Positions 23,482 through 24,000 of a DNA stretch of 24,000 nt are shown here, piece by piece. Location: contig DATDBL010000191.1 in NCBI GenBank assembly GCA_036524855.1, positions 1-24,000 on the forward strand. The letters are read 5' to 3'. How positions within the stretch are numbered: position 1 is the first letter of the stretch; each line of letters opens with the position of its first letter. This DNA is from Aldersonia sp. (GTDB lineage Bacteria; Actinomycetota; Actinomycetes; Mycobacteriales; Mycobacteriaceae). Position numbers and translations under genes: made by a program. The notes under the pieces were generated by a model. It did not search any database and was not told the origin of the DNA. It was given only the letters and a program-made list of their open reading frames with translations.

Positions 23482-23500
23482 ACATTTTGGAGGGGTTCGC

Positions 23501-24000
23501 ATGACGGAACTACACGTTGTCACCGGAGCCGGGCCGGTCGGCTGGACGGTCGCGGAGCAACTCGCCCGGGCCGGCCACCGGGTGCGGGTGCTCACCCGGT
23601 CGGGGAGCGGACCGACGCATCCGGTGATCGAACGGCGGCGCGTCGACGTCGCAAAGCCGGGTGCGCTCGACGCCGAACTCGACGGGGCAGCGGCGGTGTA
23701 TCACTGCATTCACGGGTCGGCGTACTCCGCGAAGGCGTGGCGCGCCGAACTCCCCGCCGCCGAGCAGCTCGTGCTCGCCGCGGCGGGCAAGGTCGGGGCG
23801 GTCGTGGTGTTCCCGGAGAGCCTCTACGCGTTCGGGCGGGTGCGCTCCCCGATGACGGAGGACTCCCCACGCGACGCGACGGGCGGCAAGCTCGGCGTGC
23901 GGGCGGATCTGCTGCGGGCGCGGGAGGTGTCGTCGACGCCGACGGTCAGTGTCGCGGCGTCGGACTTCTTCGGGCCGCGGGTACGCGGCGCGCACGCGGG
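23501..24000 (+). CDS. NAD(P)-binding epimerase/dehydratase-like (atypical SDR) protein, 3' partial
   Basis: This gene is not in the ORF track because it is open at the window edge. The ATG at 23501 is preceded by GGAGGGG. Translation reads MTELHVVTGAGPVGWTVAEQLARAGHRVRVLTRSG, a Rossmann GxGxxG fold, and stays open to 24000. Confidence 0.75.
   Translation, partial: MTELHVVTGAGPVGWTVAEQLARAGHRVRVLTRSGSGPTHPVIERRRVDVAKPGALDAELDGAAAVYHCIHGSAYSAKAWRAELPAAEQLVLAAAGKVGAVVVFPESLYAFGRVRSPMTEDSPRDATGGKLGVRADLLRAREVSSTPTVSVAASDFFGPRVRGAHA

Noticed and set aside
1-24000. CRISPR arrays, rRNA, riboswitch or T-box leaders
   Set aside because: No spaced direct-repeat array is present. The leuS leader is only 88 nt with no T-box-like specifier or terminator structure. 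No conserved riboswitch cores are visible by eye. This cannot be fully excluded without covariance-model searches (Infernal/Rfam).

Overview
High-GC actinobacterial chromosomal segment; coding frames show G/C at most third codon positions. The gene content points to a mycolic-acid-containing Mycobacteriales genome: an Ag85-like mycolyltransferase, a SigL/RslA-like pair, and a leuS / small TM protein / UPF0301 neighbourhood like the one I recall from M. tuberculosis. I support about 22 genes.

Gene content, left to right:
- 3' end of an NRPS (A-PCP-TE), coupled to a secreted Ag85-family esterase.
- Secreted GH25 muramidase.
- Tat-exported phospholipase C.
- A decayed patch (about 4.87-7.05 kb) holding a multiply frameshifted Tn3-family transposase fragment, a PTS EIIB(Fru)-like N-terminal fragment and small hypothetical ORFs.
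- NRDE-family protein, glucosylglycerate hydrolase, and an SDR with an apparent 1-nt frameshift.
- leuS and an SdpI-like membrane protein.
- A four-gene, translationally coupled minus-strand cassette: ThDP enzyme, SRPBCC-like protein, KAS III-like enzyme, HisC-like aminotransferase.
- sigL-like ECF sigma with a ZAS anti-sigma factor, then gadB, a Zn-ADH and a YqgE/AlgH protein.
- TetR regulator, divergent from a partial NAD(P)-binding epimerase-like gene.

The most interesting signal is the four-gene cassette. I do not recognise it as a described pathway. It sits directly downstream of sigL-rslA. The sigma gene and the cassette each carry a near-identical ECF-type promoter (T/CGAACC-N16-CGT, shared GTCTCGTnnnCAC), which suggests a dedicated sigma-controlled small-molecule module. 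The KAS III homologue has Asn where FabH has its catalytic His.

I found no rRNA, tRNA or CRISPR. All similarity statements come from motif recognition and memory, not from database searches.
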